64,000 nucleotides of DNA from NCBI GenBank assembly GCA_963851135.1, contig CAWKOB010000001.1:65940-129939 (forward strand), in the 5' to 3' direction. Both the position numbers and the translations under genes were made by a program. Under the pieces are notes generated by a model. The model was not told the DNA's origin and did not search any database. It was given only the letters and a program-made list of their open reading frames with translations. This document shows, piece by piece, positions 1 to 9,848 of this stretch (positions are counted from its first letter, which is position 1; each line of letters opens with the position of its first letter). The DNA comes from an uncultured Acidobacteriota bacterium (GTDB lineage Bacteria > Acidobacteriota > Terriglobia > Terriglobales > Acidobacteriaceae).

Positions 1-1
1 C

Positions 2-355
2 GCATTCCAGTGCGCGGGAGATTCGAATACCTGGGATTACAGCGAGAACGCCGGCACACCCGCAAGCCCGGTTGTAGAGTGGGTCGAGTCCAATCAGACT
101 TGCAATCCCGCCAACTGGACAAAGAACGCGTGGCATCACGTCGAGATCAGCAGCTCGCGCGATGATTCGGGCAACGTGACCTATCACTCCGTGTGGCTCG
201 ATGGCGTCGAGTATCCCATCAATCAAACAGTGATGTCGGAGTTTTCCCTTGGCTGGGCAGCCGCCGACCTCGTTGCCAACTTTCAGGTAGACGGCACATC
301 GGGCAGCGGATCCTCTACGCTCTACCTTGACAACTTCACCATCTATCGCTGGTGA
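2..355 (+). CDS. 3' part of a secreted beta-rich protein, paralog of 1048..2073 (5' end outside window)
   Basis: Frame 2 reads AFQCAGDSNTWDYSENAG...WHHVEISSSRDDSGNVTYHSVWLDG...NFQVDG...YLDNFTIYRW*, which aligns with the C-terminus of the next gene (QCDGYTGHWDY...WHHLQFSFSRDSSGTISYHDIWLDG...QFQIDG...YLDDLTISRW). Confidence 0.85.
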   Translation, partial: AFQCAGDSNTWDYSENAGTPASPVVEWVESNQTCNPANWTKNAWHHVEISSSRDDSGNVTYHSVWLDGVEYPINQTVMSEFSLGWAAADLVANFQVDGTSGSGSSTLYLDNFTIYRW

Positions 356-1047
356 TCGCAGCCGCCGCAGTTGCTTCAGTCTCTGTGTCCTCAAACGTAA
401 CCTTGCACCGGACCCAGGAGCTCAAGAACACAGAATCGTCACAATGGCGCGGAAACCCGCTTGGTGGGACCTGCGCCATTCCTCTTCGCCTTGCTCTTCC
501 ATCGCGTCTCATCATGAGACATGCCCGCCCGCTTGCGCCTGCGATGATGGCCTTACCCCGCCCTCTATGACCGCACTTTTTACCCACCCGATGGAAATCT
601 CGCTGGAACTTTTTGCACGATGCGTGTAATTCCTTCCGGGATGTCTCAGATTCGCGGATTCCCTCGCATTTTTTTGAAAATCCTGTTGTTTCCATGGCAT
701 CGCTATGAAACTATTCTCCCTGTGAAGTACTAGAGAAGGTTGCCTGAAGTCCTGAATCCTCAGCAAAGTACTAAAAGTGGCGGGAAAGATAAAAAACCTC
801 AAGCCACTCTCCGGTTGCAAAGGAATCCGGTCTTCGAAAATAGGCTGGATGTCACTGATCACGAAATCGCTGTGACTCCGCCAGCAAGGCAAGCCACAAA
901 TCAGAGGTTGCTGAGCAGAACGATCCGGCACGGTTCTTGTGCCCCTCGGAACAGCCCAATACATAAAAGCCGTAGAGAGGGCGTCCCGCTGTACGTGTGT
1001 TTGCCGGGGCCGGCTACATAACTTTTCAACCACAAAGGACTCTGCCC

Positions 1048-2073
1048 ATGAACACTGCCTCCAAAATCCTGATCGTTGCGTGTGCGATCGCCACCGCTTC
1101 CATCCCTGCCTTCGCCGGCGTAACTGTGAACGAACCCGCGAACAACGCCGGTGTTTCCTCGCCTTTCACGCTGTCGGCATCTGCGTCCACATGCTCCTCG
1201 CAGAGCGTCTCGTCAATGGGATATTCGTTCGATTCGAGCTCTGACACCACCGTTATCAAAGGCCAGTCCATCGATCAGTCCATCGACTCCTCCACCGGAA
1301 CCCACACGCTGCACGTCAAGGCCTGGGGCGGCAATGGTTCTTCCTGCGTCACCGACGTCACCATCAGCGTTTCGGCCGGCTCATCGGCCGCCACTGAAGT
1401 GATCCCATCGAACGCCAAGACCGTCGGCAGCATCCAGTCGCTTAGCGGATGGGCGGCCTCGCATGACTCCGGAGGTTCGGGCTCCTCCAGCGGCTCCTCA
1501 ACGATGGTCAGCTCGCCGTCCCTCTACGGAAATACTCGTCGCTATGAATCCTCGTTCAGCAGCAGTGGCGACGAGCGCTTCTCAAAGTCATTCGCCGACG
1601 ACGTCGACGCCGAGAACTTCTTCTACGACACCTGGATCTACCTGGATAGCTCCGGGAGCGAAATCGGCAATCTCGAGTTCGATGTGAACCAGGTCATGGC
1701 GGACGGCAAAACCGTGCTCGCGGGCGTGCAGTGCGACGGCTACACCGGCCACTGGGATTACACTGTCAACACCGGCTCGGCCAGCGACGTGAAACCCAAG
1801 TGGTATTCGAAAAGCGGCGCAAGCTGCGACCCGCGCGACTGGTCCCGGGACGCGTGGCATCATCTGCAGTTCAGCTTCTCCCGCGATAGCTCAGGCACCA
1901 TCTCGTACCACGATATATGGCTGGATGGCGCGAAGTTCTCGATTGACGCCTCTGCCTTCGGCGCCGCCGACCTCGGCTGGGGCCCCACCATCAACACGCA
2001 GTTTCAGATCGACGGCTTGGGTTCGGGCACGGTCAAGGCCTATCTCGACGACCTCACCATCTCTCGCTGGTAA
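1048..2073 (+). CDS. Secreted protein: Ig-like N-terminal domain, Ser-rich linker, beta-jelly-roll/lyase-like C-terminal domain
   Basis: AAAGGA RBS before ATG 1048; signal peptide MNTASKILIVACAIATASIPAFA; GTHTLHVKAW Ig-like motif. Confidence 0.75.
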   Translation: MNTASKILIVACAIATASIPAFAGVTVNEPANNAGVSSPFTLSASASTCSSQSVSSMGYSFDSSSDTTVIKGQSIDQSIDSSTGTHTLHVKAWGGNGSSCVTDVTISVSAGSSAATEVIPSNAKTVGSIQSLSGWAASHDSGGSGSSSGSSTMVSSPSLYGNTRRYESSFSSSGDERFSKSFADDVDAENFFYDTWIYLDSSGSEIGNLEFDVNQVMADGKTVLAGVQCDGYTGHWDYTVNTGSASDVKPKWYSKSGASCDPRDWSRDAWHHLQFSFSRDSSGTISYHDIWLDGAKFSIDASAFGAADLGWGPTINTQFQIDGLGSGTVKAYLDDLTISRW

Positions 2074-2081
2074 ATCGCATA

Positions 2082-2121
2082 ACGCGGGGCGGACATTCCA
2101 GTGTCCGCCCCGCGTCTTATT
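2082..2121 (+). terminator. Intrinsic terminator-like hairpin
   Basis: acgcggggcggaca-ttccag-tgtccgccccgcgt followed by cttatt, just after the stop codon. Confidence 0.7.
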
Positions 2122-2372
2122 GCGCTTCTCTCTTCGTTCGCACGCAAGCTGCCCACCTCGCTAGCTTTCCCCCCACTTCACTTCTATTCCGATCGTGTCG
2201 CCGGCTCCGCCAAGGGTGTATTCTGTTTGCGCATTGAGGGAGGTCGCCTCCTCGCGAGCGTGCTGCAAATCAGCCGCGCTTCCCCTGTCTCATCATGTGA
2301 AAAGGGCAACTGTCCCATGCCCGCGGGCATCGTACGGGTTTTGCAGGTCATCTGGATCCATTCAGCAACCGC

Positions 2373-3530
2373 ATGCGAATCCGGCTCTCAACTTCTGTAC
2401 CGCTCTGCCGAACGGCCATCGCGGCCGCGATCCTCGCCCTTGCTGCACCTGCCGCCTTCGCCTCGCTGCCCACGTCCATCTTTGCTCCCCACTCCACCCC
2501 CGCCGGCGATGTCTATGGCCTCTCCATCTTCGTCCTCGCCATTACCGGCGGCATCTTCGCCGTGGTCGCCACTCTCATCGTTTATGTCCTGATTCGCTTC
2601 CGCTCCCGCCCCACCGATACCACCGAGCCTCCGCAAGTCTACGGCAGCATGCAAATCGAGCTCTCCTGGACCATCATCCCCATTCTCATCATCGTCGTGC
2701 TGTTTCTTACCACCGCGCGCGTGCTGTTCTCAGTCCAGGACGCGCCCAAACCCGCCACTGCCCTCGATGTCATCGTCGTCGGTCACCAATTCTGGTGGGA
2801 GTTTCGCTACCCGGAATACAACGTCGTTACCGCCAATGAGCTCCACGTCCCCGTCAGCTCCAAATCCGATCCGCACCCGACGTACATGAAGCTCACTTCG
2901 GCCGACGTCATGCACAGCTTCTGGGTTCCGCAGCTCGCCGGCAAGACGGACGTCCTGCCCGATCGTGTCAACGAAATGTGGATCGACCCGCAGAAAACCG
3001 GCTTGTACCTCGGCCAGTGCGCGCAATTCTGCGGCACTCAGCACGCCAAAATGCTCATTCGGGTCTACGTCGACACGCCGGAAAACTTCCGCAAATGGAT
3101 CGCCGCGCAACAAATGCCACAGCCGGAGCTCGCCTCCCAGCAGGCCAGCCTTATGTCCGCATCCAATCCCGGCAACGGCAATCCCAACGCCGGCCTTCCC
3201 TCCAACTCGCCCACCACAGTCCTGTCCGCTTCGCCCACAACCACCCCAGCCATCACGCCGCAGAACGGCCAGCTCGTCTTCGAACACCAGGCCTGCATCA
3301 ACTGTCACACCGTCCGCGGAACCATCGCCAACGGCCGCTACGGTCCCGATCTTACGCACCTGATGAGCCGCTTCACGCTCGGCGCCGGCGCCACTCTCAA
3401 CACACCCGGCAATCTGCTCCAGTGGATCACCGACCCAAACACCTACAAACCCGGCTGCCTGATGCCGGCCATGCACCTCACCGATCGCCAGAACCAGCAG
3501 ATCAACGCATATCTGCTCACCCTCAAGTAA
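2373..3530 (+). CDS. coxB: Cytochrome c oxidase subunit II with fused C-terminal cytochrome c (caa3 type)
   Basis: Two TM helices, GHQFWWEFRY, DVMHSFW, CuA motif CAQFCGTQHAKM, heme c motif CINCH, axial Met in LMPAM. Confidence 0.95.
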   Translation: MRIRLSTSVPLCRTAIAAAILALAAPAAFASLPTSIFAPHSTPAGDVYGLSIFVLAITGGIFAVVATLIVYVLIRFRSRPTDTTEPPQVYGSMQIELSWTIIPILIIVVLFLTTARVLFSVQDAPKPATALDVIVVGHQFWWEFRYPEYNVVTANELHVPVSSKSDPHPTYMKLTSADVMHSFWVPQLAGKTDVLPDRVNEMWIDPQKTGLYLGQCAQFCGTQHAKMLIRVYVDTPENFRKWIAAQQMPQPELASQQASLMSASNPGNGNPNAGLPSNSPTTVLSASPTTTPAITPQNGQLVFEHQACINCHTVRGTIANGRYGPDLTHLMSRFTLGAGATLNTPGNLLQWITDPNTYKPGCLMPAMHLTDRQNQQINAYLLTLK

Positions 3531-3540
3531 CGGAGACGCC

Positions 3541-5250
3541 ATGGGCACGGAAAGCATACAGGTCCCCGGCTCGGCGGCCATCGAGGCAGGCATAGATCGC
3601 CCGCCCACCGAAGCTTCCCGCGGCACCTGGCTCGAGTGGCTCCACGGTTGGGTCGTCACCGTCGATCACAAGCGCCTCGGCATTCTCTACATCCTCTACG
3701 CTCTCGTCTTCCTGCTCGTCGCCGGATCGGAAGCTCTGCTGATCCGCATTCAGCTCGCCATTCCCCACAACACCTTCGTTTCGCCCTTCACCTTCAATCG
3801 CCTCTTTACCATGCACGGCACCACCATGGTTTTCCTGGTGGGCATGCCCATCCTCTTCGGCTTCGGCAATTACCTCGTCCCGCTTATGATCGGCGCGCGC
3901 GACATGGCCTTCCCGCGCCTGAATGCCTTCAGCTTCTGGATCAGCGCCTTCGGCGGCCTGCTGCTCTATTACAGCTTCATCGGCGGCGTCGGACTTGCCG
4001 GCACCGGCTCCGCCCCCGATGTTGCCTGGTTCGCCTACGCGCCCCTCACTGAAAAAGCCTTTTCACCCGGCCACACGGTGGATTACTGGGCCATCGCCAT
4101 CATGATCAGCGGCATCGGCAGCATCGGCACTGCCATCAACATCCTCGCCACCGTCTTCTGCATGCGCTGCAAGGGCATGACCCTCATGCGCATCCCGCTG
4201 CTCCCGTGGATGTACGCCGTCACCGCATTCCTGGTGCTTCTCGCGCTAGGGCCGCTCACCGCCGCGCAGGGCATGCTCCTCATCGATCGCTATCTTGGCG
4301 GCCACTTTTTCGATACCCAGGCCGGCGGATCCGCCATCCTCTGGGCTCACTTCTTCTGGATCTTCGGCCACCCGGAAGTCTACGTGCTCGTCCTGCCCGC
4401 CTTCGGCTTCGCCAGCGAGATCATCCCCGTCTTCTCGCGTAAGGCCATCTTCGGCTACGCCGTCATGGTCGCCGCTTCCATCAGCATTGCCTTCATCTCC
4501 CTCGGTGTCTGGGCCCACCACATGTTCACCATCGGCATGACCTCCTTCGGCAATGCCTTCTTTACCCTCTCCACCATGCTGGTCTCCATTCCCACCGGCA
4601 TCAAGACCTTTAACTGGATAGCCACCATGTGGGGCGGACGGCTCCGCTTCGCCACCCCCATGCTTTTCTCCATCGCCTTCTTGTTCCAGTGGGTCATCGC
4701 CGGCCTTACCGGCATCATGCTCTCCGTCTCCGCATGGGACTGGCAGTTACATAACTCCTACTTTGTCGTTGCTCATTTTCATTACGTGCTTGTCGGCGCC
4801 ATCCTCTTCATGATCTTCGCCGCTTTCTACTACTGGTACCCCAAGATCACCGGCCGCATGCTGAATGAGACTCTCGGTAAGTGGCACTTCTGGCTCATGG
4901 TCATCGGCTTCCACATGACTTTCGACCTCATGCACTTCCCCGGCCTGCTCGGCATGCCGCGCCAGATTTACACTTATGAGCCTGACCGCGGCTGGAACAC
5001 TCTCAACTTCATCATCACCATCGGCGCATTCATCCAGGCCATCGCCGTCCTCACCTTTGCCTTCAACCTCGTCTACTCGTATTTCCGCGGCCCTGAAGCG
5101 GGCCCCGACCCATGGGACGCCTGGACCCTGGAATGGTCTACGGACTCTCCGCCGCCTGCGTATAACTTCGCCGACGAGCCTGTAGTCGCCAGCCGCCGTC
5201 CCCTCTGGGACCTGAAACACCCCGAAGATCCCGACTCCGCCTTCGAGTAA
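3541..5250 (+). CDS. coxA: Cytochrome c oxidase subunit I, type A1
   Basis: TVDHKRLG, TMHGTTMVF, DMAFPRLN, FGHPEVY, VWAHHMF, PTGIK, VVAHFHY, GMPRQ. Confidence 0.97.
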   Translation: MGTESIQVPGSAAIEAGIDRPPTEASRGTWLEWLHGWVVTVDHKRLGILYILYALVFLLVAGSEALLIRIQLAIPHNTFVSPFTFNRLFTMHGTTMVFLVGMPILFGFGNYLVPLMIGARDMAFPRLNAFSFWISAFGGLLLYYSFIGGVGLAGTGSAPDVAWFAYAPLTEKAFSPGHTVDYWAIAIMISGIGSIGTAINILATVFCMRCKGMTLMRIPLLPWMYAVTAFLVLLALGPLTAAQGMLLIDRYLGGHFFDTQAGGSAILWAHFFWIFGHPEVYVLVLPAFGFASEIIPVFSRKAIFGYAVMVAASISIAFISLGVWAHHMFTIGMTSFGNAFFTLSTMLVSIPTGIKTFNWIATMWGGRLRFATPMLFSIAFLFQWVIAGLTGIMLSVSAWDWQLHNSYFVVAHFHYVLVGAILFMIFAAFYYWYPKITGRMLNETLGKWHFWLMVIGFHMTFDLMHFPGLLGMPRQIYTYEPDRGWNTLNFIITIGAFIQAIAVLTFAFNLVYSYFRGPEAGPDPWDAWTLEWSTDSPPPAYNFADEPVVASRRPLWDLKHPEDPDSAFE

Positions 5251-5344
5251 CAAGGAGAGAAGCCGATGCACTGACTCGCTAACTTGTTGTTTTTCACTCA
5301 TTCACTTTTTCACCTATTCACTGTCCTCCAATTCCACGAACGCG

Positions 5345-5944
5345 ATGGCCACCATCCCTTTCCAACCCGCAGCCGGCGAAACCGGCGCCCTTGCACAGCC
5401 CACCCGTGGCGTCATGGGGATGTCCTGCCTAATCGTTGCCGAATCCGCCATCTTCACCATCTTCGTCGTCGCCTATCTCTACTTCGCTGGCCGCGATGTT
5501 CAAGGCCCGCGCCCGCGCGACGTCCTCGAAGTCCCCATCTTCTATACGGTCTGCCTGCTCAGTTCCAGCTTCTTCATCTGGCTTGCCGAGCGCGCCATCG
5601 AGCACGCGCGAATGATCGCCTTCCGCATCTGGTGGGCAGTTACCATCCTCCTCGGCCTCACATTTCTCTATGGCACGGCAATTGAATGGCGCAAGCTCAT
5701 CTTTGAGGACCACCTCACAATTCACACCAATCTGTTCGGCACCACTTATTACTCGCTCGTAGGCCTGCACGCATCGCACGTCGTCATCGGCCTTATCCTG
5801 ATGCTCTTTGCGCTCACCTTTGCGCTCCTCGGCAAAGTCGAGCCGCGCCACGCCTATAACATCAAAGTCCTTTCCATGTACTGGCACTTTGTCGATGCCG
5901 TCTGGGTCGTTGTATTCACCGTTGTCTATGTAATCTGCCGATGA
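5345..5944 (+). CDS. coxC: Cytochrome c oxidase subunit III (short form)
   Basis: GLHASHV and MYWHFVDAVW motifs; position in operon. Confidence 0.93.
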   Translation: MATIPFQPAAGETGALAQPTRGVMGMSCLIVAESAIFTIFVVAYLYFAGRDVQGPRPRDVLEVPIFYTVCLLSSSFFIWLAERAIEHARMIAFRIWWAVTILLGLTFLYGTAIEWRKLIFEDHLTIHTNLFGTTYYSLVGLHASHVVIGLILMLFALTFALLGKVEPRHAYNIKVLSMYWHFVDAVWVVVFTVVYVICR

Positions 5945-6816
5945 ACGAACACAGCCATCCCGTTCCTGACAATCCGCACGGCGGCGAGCTCCGCTCCGGC
6001 TTGATCGCCCTGCCCGCGCCCACTGCCTGGCCGTTTCTCCTCGCGCTTGGCATCGTTCTCATCGGCGCTGCCCTCGTCACCAGTCCCTGGATCGGTTATC
6101 TTGGCGGCTTCCTCGCAATCGTCGCCGCCGCCGGCTGGTTCCGCAATGTTCTGCCTCACGAAGCACACGAGACCATTGTCGTCTCCGAGGAGGTCTTCTC
6201 CTTCGTCCCCGCTTTGGAAAAGGTCGCGCGCATCCGCGTGGATGAAACGCATCGCGCCCAACTCCCGCTCCATACCTTCCCCATCTCCAGCGGTATCAAG
6301 GGCGGTATCGCCGGAGGCATTGCCATGGTTATTCCTGCAGAGATCTACGGCATCCTCCGCTATCACAGCATCTGGTACGTCGTGAATCTGCTGGGCGGCG
6401 CCGGCGTCGGCATTTGGACCCATCCCACTCCGGAGGAGTTGCGCCACTTCCACCTCGCCGCATTCGTTACCGCCAACGTCATCCAGGGCGCCACCACGCT
6501 TCTTGTCGGCCTGCTTTACGGCGCGCTGCTTCCCATCTGGCCGCGCCGTCCCATCCTCCTCGGCGGCATCATTGCGCCCATTGCATGGACCGGCCTGCTC
6601 CACAGCGTTCTCGGCATCGTCAATCCTTACTTCGCCAACCACATTGACTGGTGGTCCTTCGCCGCCTCGCAGGTCCTCTTCGGCCTGGTGGCCGGCTACA
6701 CCGTAACGAAACTCGGCCATATTAAGCGCCTCGCTAAAACCCCGCTCTCCATGCGCCTCGGCGTCGAATCCCCCGGCCTCAATCTCCCTCACGATGGAGA
6801 CGAACACAAGCAATGA
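5941..6816 (+). CDS. Multi-pass membrane protein; N-terminus resembles oxidase subunit IV
   Basis: LPAPTAWPFLLALG hairpin plus about 4-5 further TM segments; ATGA overlaps with both neighbours. Confidence 0.7.
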   Translation: MNEHSHPVPDNPHGGELRSGLIALPAPTAWPFLLALGIVLIGAALVTSPWIGYLGGFLAIVAAAGWFRNVLPHEAHETIVVSEEVFSFVPALEKVARIRVDETHRAQLPLHTFPISSGIKGGIAGGIAMVIPAEIYGILRYHSIWYVVNLLGGAGVGIWTHPTPEELRHFHLAAFVTANVIQGATTLLVGLLYGALLPIWPRRPILLGGIIAPIAWTGLLHSVLGIVNPYFANHIDWWSFAASQVLFGLVAGYTVTKLGHIKRLAKTPLSMRLGVESPGLNLPHDGDEHKQ

Positions 6817-7688
6817 AAATCGTCGCCATCTCCATCCGAGCTTTCGCTCTTCTGATCTGTTCCCGCAGGAAACTGAGCGCCTTTGCCCTTGCTTTTCTTT
6901 CTGTCATTCCCTCAGGGAATCTGCTTTTGCTTTTCGTCCCGTCTTTCCTGCTCGTCCTCGCAGGCTGCAACCTGCCCGGTCGTCCTGCGCCCGGTCCTGA
7001 AGTCCCGCGCCCGGAAGCTGTTCTCTCTTTCGATCGCCTCTATGCCGAAAACTGCTCCGCTTGTCATGGTTCCGATGGCTCTCACGGTCCCGCCACCGAT
7101 CTCGCCAACCCCGAATACCTGGCCCTCGTCGACGACGCCACACTCCGCACCGTGATCACCAACGGCGAAAAAGGCACGCTCATGCCCGGCTTCGGCGCTG
7201 AGGCCGGCGGCATGCTCACGGCCCGGCAGATCGATGGCATTGTGAATGGCATGCGCGCGCGCTGGAGCCGTCCCAATCCCTTCAACGGCGTCACGCCGCC
7301 TCCCTACAAATCCACTGAGTCCGGCGATGCTGCAAAAGGTCAGGCTGTCTATAACGCAGCCTGCGCCCGCTGCCACGGCGAGAACGCGCAGCATCCCGGC
7401 CCGTCCGGTTCCATCCTGGAGGGCTCTTTTCTCGCTCTCATTGACCCGCAGACCATCCGCACCACCGTCATCGCCGGCCGTCCTGACGTCGGCGAGCCCG
7501 ACTGGCGCAGCCACATCGCCGGCCGCGCCATGACCGGCGACGAAATCTCCAACGTAACCGCGTGGCTGCTCGCTCAGCGCCCCGCCGCGCCCGGCCAGCC
7601 CTATCCAAACTACCAACCAAACTCGCATCTGCCCGGCGAAGCTCACCCGCTCGCCGGCCAGCCCCTCGCCACCGAGAACCCGCACTGA
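6813..7688 (+). CDS. Diheme cytochrome c lipoprotein (QcrC-like role)
   Basis: Lipobox LAGC; heme motifs CSACH and CARCH; ATGA overlap with upstream stop. Confidence 0.85.
   Translation: MKIVAISIRAFALLICSRRKLSAFALAFLSVIPSGNLLLLFVPSFLLVLAGCNLPGRPAPGPEVPRPEAVLSFDRLYAENCSACHGSDGSHGPATDLANPEYLALVDDATLRTVITNGEKGTLMPGFGAEAGGMLTARQIDGIVNGMRARWSRPNPFNGVTPPPYKSTESGDAAKGQAVYNAACARCHGENAQHPGPSGSILEGSFLALIDPQTIRTTVIAGRPDVGEPDWRSHIAGRAMTGDEISNVTAWLLAQRPAAPGQPYPNYQPNSHLPGEAHPLAGQPLATENPH
6882..6934 (+). repeat. REP-like palindrome, family 2 (CTGTCATTCCC-n-GGGAATCTGC), inside a CDS
   Basis: cttgcttttctttctgtcattccctcagggaatctgcttttgc matches intergenic copies at 12200-12263 and 23626-23750. Confidence 0.85.
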
Positions 7689-7698
7689 GGACGTCGCC

Positions 7699-8370
7699 AT
7701 GGATGAAAAACTTCCGCCGCCCAACCCCGAAGAACAGGCCCATCCGCTCGATCGGGAGAAACAATCCCGCCGCACGTTCCTCATGATTCTCGGCATCGCC
7801 CTCAACGCCGCCGTCGGCTTGCTCATCGCCACGCCCGCGGTCGCTTTCGTCATCGGTCCCATCCTCCGCAAACGCGACTACCGCGAGTGGGTCGACCTCG
7901 GCCCCACCTCGGACTTCCGGCCCGGCGAAACCCGCCTCGTCTCTTATCGCAATCCATACTCCGAGCCATGGGACGGCCCCACCGCCAACATCCCCGCTTA
8001 CGTCCGCTGTGCCGACACCGGCGAATTCACCGTGTTCGCCATCAACTGCGCCCATCTCGGATGCCCGGTGCGCTGGTTCCCTCAGTCCCAGCTCTTCATG
8101 TGCCCTTGCCACGGCGGCGTTTACTACGCCGATGGCTCCCGCGCCTCCGGTCCGCCCACCCGCGGCCTCTACACCTACGAGCAGAAAATCCAGAACGGCC
8201 GCCTCATCATCAAGGCCGGCCAAATTCCCACATTCCGTAACCGCGCCTCGCTTGACGCATGCCCCGGCGCATCCGAATCAACACAACCGCAGCTCGTTGC
8301 CCAAATTGTTCCCAGGATCGATCCATGTCCGCCTCGCAACCGTGGTACTGGCGACTCTACGATTGGCTAG
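7699..8370 (+). CDS. qcrA: Rieske iron-sulfur subunit of a quinol:cytochrome c oxidoreductase
   Basis: Tat motif SRRTFL, CAHLGC and CPCHG boxes, GPPTRGL. Confidence 0.93.
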   Translation: MDEKLPPPNPEEQAHPLDREKQSRRTFLMILGIALNAAVGLLIATPAVAFVIGPILRKRDYREWVDLGPTSDFRPGETRLVSYRNPYSEPWDGPTANIPAYVRCADTGEFTVFAINCAHLGCPVRWFPQSQLFMCPCHGGVYYADGSRASGPPTRGLYTYEQKIQNGRLIIKAGQIPTFRNRASLDACPGASESTQPQLVAQIVPRIDPCPPRNRGTGDSTIG

Positions 8371-9848
8371 AGCGCCGCATTCAACTCGAAGGCCCCGTCA
8401 AGGACGCCGTCCTCCATCCGGTGCCCCGCACCACCGCAAGCTGGTGGTATGTCTTCGGCTCTGCCAGCCTTACGTTGCTCGTTCTCCAGGTCGCCACCGG
8501 CATCTGCCTCGCCCTCGTCTATTCGCCTTCCGCCGCCGACGCGTGGCAATCCCTCCAGGTCCTTAATCATCAGCTCCCTCTCGGCTGGTTTCTCCGCGCC
8601 ATGCACGGCTGGGGCTCCGACTTCATGGTCGCCGTCGTCCTCATCCACATGGCCCAGGTCTTTCTGTTTGGCTCCTACAAGTTCCCCCGCGAACTCACCT
8701 GGATCGTCGGCGTCTTTCTACTGCTCATGACCCTCGGCATGGCCTTCACCGGCCAGGTCTTGCGCTTCGACCAGGACGCCTACTGGGGCCTCGGCATCGG
8801 CGTCGCCATCCTCGGCCGCGTCCCTCTCATCGGCGGCCAGCTCGTCGATATCCTCCTCGGCGGTCCCATCATCGCCGGTCCCACGCTCACCCGCTTCTTC
8901 GCGCTCCACGTCTTCGTCATCCCCGGCTTGCTGCTCGCCTTCGCCGGCCTGCACGTCTGGATGGTCCTCAAGCTCGGCATTAACGAGTGGCCCATGCCCG
9001 GCCGCATCGTGCGCCGCGAAACTTACATCCGCGAGTACAACGAAATCACCCACAAGGACGGCATTCCATTCGTTCCCGGCGCGGTCTGGAAGGATCTCTT
9101 CTTCTCCGCCGCCATCGTTCTCGCCGTCGCCGCTTGCGCCGCCTTCCTCGGCCCCTTCGGCCCCAAGGGTGTCCCCGACCCCACCATCATCGCCACCGTT
9201 CCCAAGCCCGATCCGCCGTTCCTCTGGATCTACACCATCCTTTCGTTTCTGCCGCCGGCTCTGGAAACGCCGTTCATCCTCATAGCTCCCATCGTCGCCG
9301 TCGCCTTCCTCATCGCGCTGCCGCTTTTCGCCGGCATCGGCGAAAAGAGCTGGCATCGCCGCCCGGTCGCCGTATTCATGGTGCTCTTTCTCGCTGTCTC
9401 CTTCGGCGTTCTAACCAACCTCGGCACTTACACGCCATGGTCCCCGCACATGAGCGCCTGGTCCGCCGATCCCATCCCTGTCGATTTCCTCAAGAACCGC
9501 ACCCCGCTGGAGCGCATGGGCGCAAACGTCTTTCAGGAAAAGCAATGCCGCAACTGCCACTCCATCGGCGGCCTTGGAGGCCAGCGCGGCCCCGTGCTCG
9601 ACACCGTTGCCACACGCCTCACCGAAGACCAGCTATATCGCCAGGTCCTTCTCGGCGGCGGCAACATGCCCGCCTATGGCAGCGCGCTCTCACCGCCGGA
9701 AACCACCGCGCTGGTCCACTATCTCGAGACGCTTCACCCCAGCTACCAGCCCGCGGCCGCCGACGCCTCACGCGACATCATCCAGCACAACGGCGTCTCG
9801 CCCAACTCCACCGTAGAGAACGGCACCGGCCAAGCCGAAAAGAAATGA
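8325..9848 (+). CDS. qcrB: Cytochrome b (long form) with fused C-terminal cytochrome c
   Basis: WWYVFGS, RAMHGWG, IHMAQVF, YKFPRELTW, RFFALHVF, KPDPPF (PEWY-equivalent), C-terminal CRNCH...GNMPAY; start placed at ATG 8325 after AGGA. Confidence 0.93.
   Translation: MSASQPWYWRLYDWLERRIQLEGPVKDAVLHPVPRTTASWWYVFGSASLTLLVLQVATGICLALVYSPSAADAWQSLQVLNHQLPLGWFLRAMHGWGSDFMVAVVLIHMAQVFLFGSYKFPRELTWIVGVFLLLMTLGMAFTGQVLRFDQDAYWGLGIGVAILGRVPLIGGQLVDILLGGPIIAGPTLTRFFALHVFVIPGLLLAFAGLHVWMVLKLGINEWPMPGRIVRRETYIREYNEITHKDGIPFVPGAVWKDLFFSAAIVLAVAACAAFLGPFGPKGVPDPTIIATVPKPDPPFLWIYTILSFLPPALETPFILIAPIVAVAFLIALPLFAGIGEKSWHRRPVAVFMVLFLAVSFGVLTNLGTYTPWSPHMSAWSADPIPVDFLKNRTPLERMGANVFQEKQCRNCHSIGGLGGQRGPVLDTVATRLTEDQLYRQVLLGGGNMPAYGSALSPPETTALVHYLETLHPSYQPAAADASRDIIQHNGVSPNSTVENGTGQAEKK

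Noticed and set aside
356-1047. Possible riboswitch or ncRNA in the long intergenic gap
   Set aside because: Hairpins exist (e.g. 443-480) but I could not match a known family consensus by eye; an Rfam scan is needed.
8987-9844. 569-aa ORF 8987..10696 as a long protein
   Set aside because: The N-terminal half is an off-frame overlap of qcrB; the real CtaG starts at 9845.
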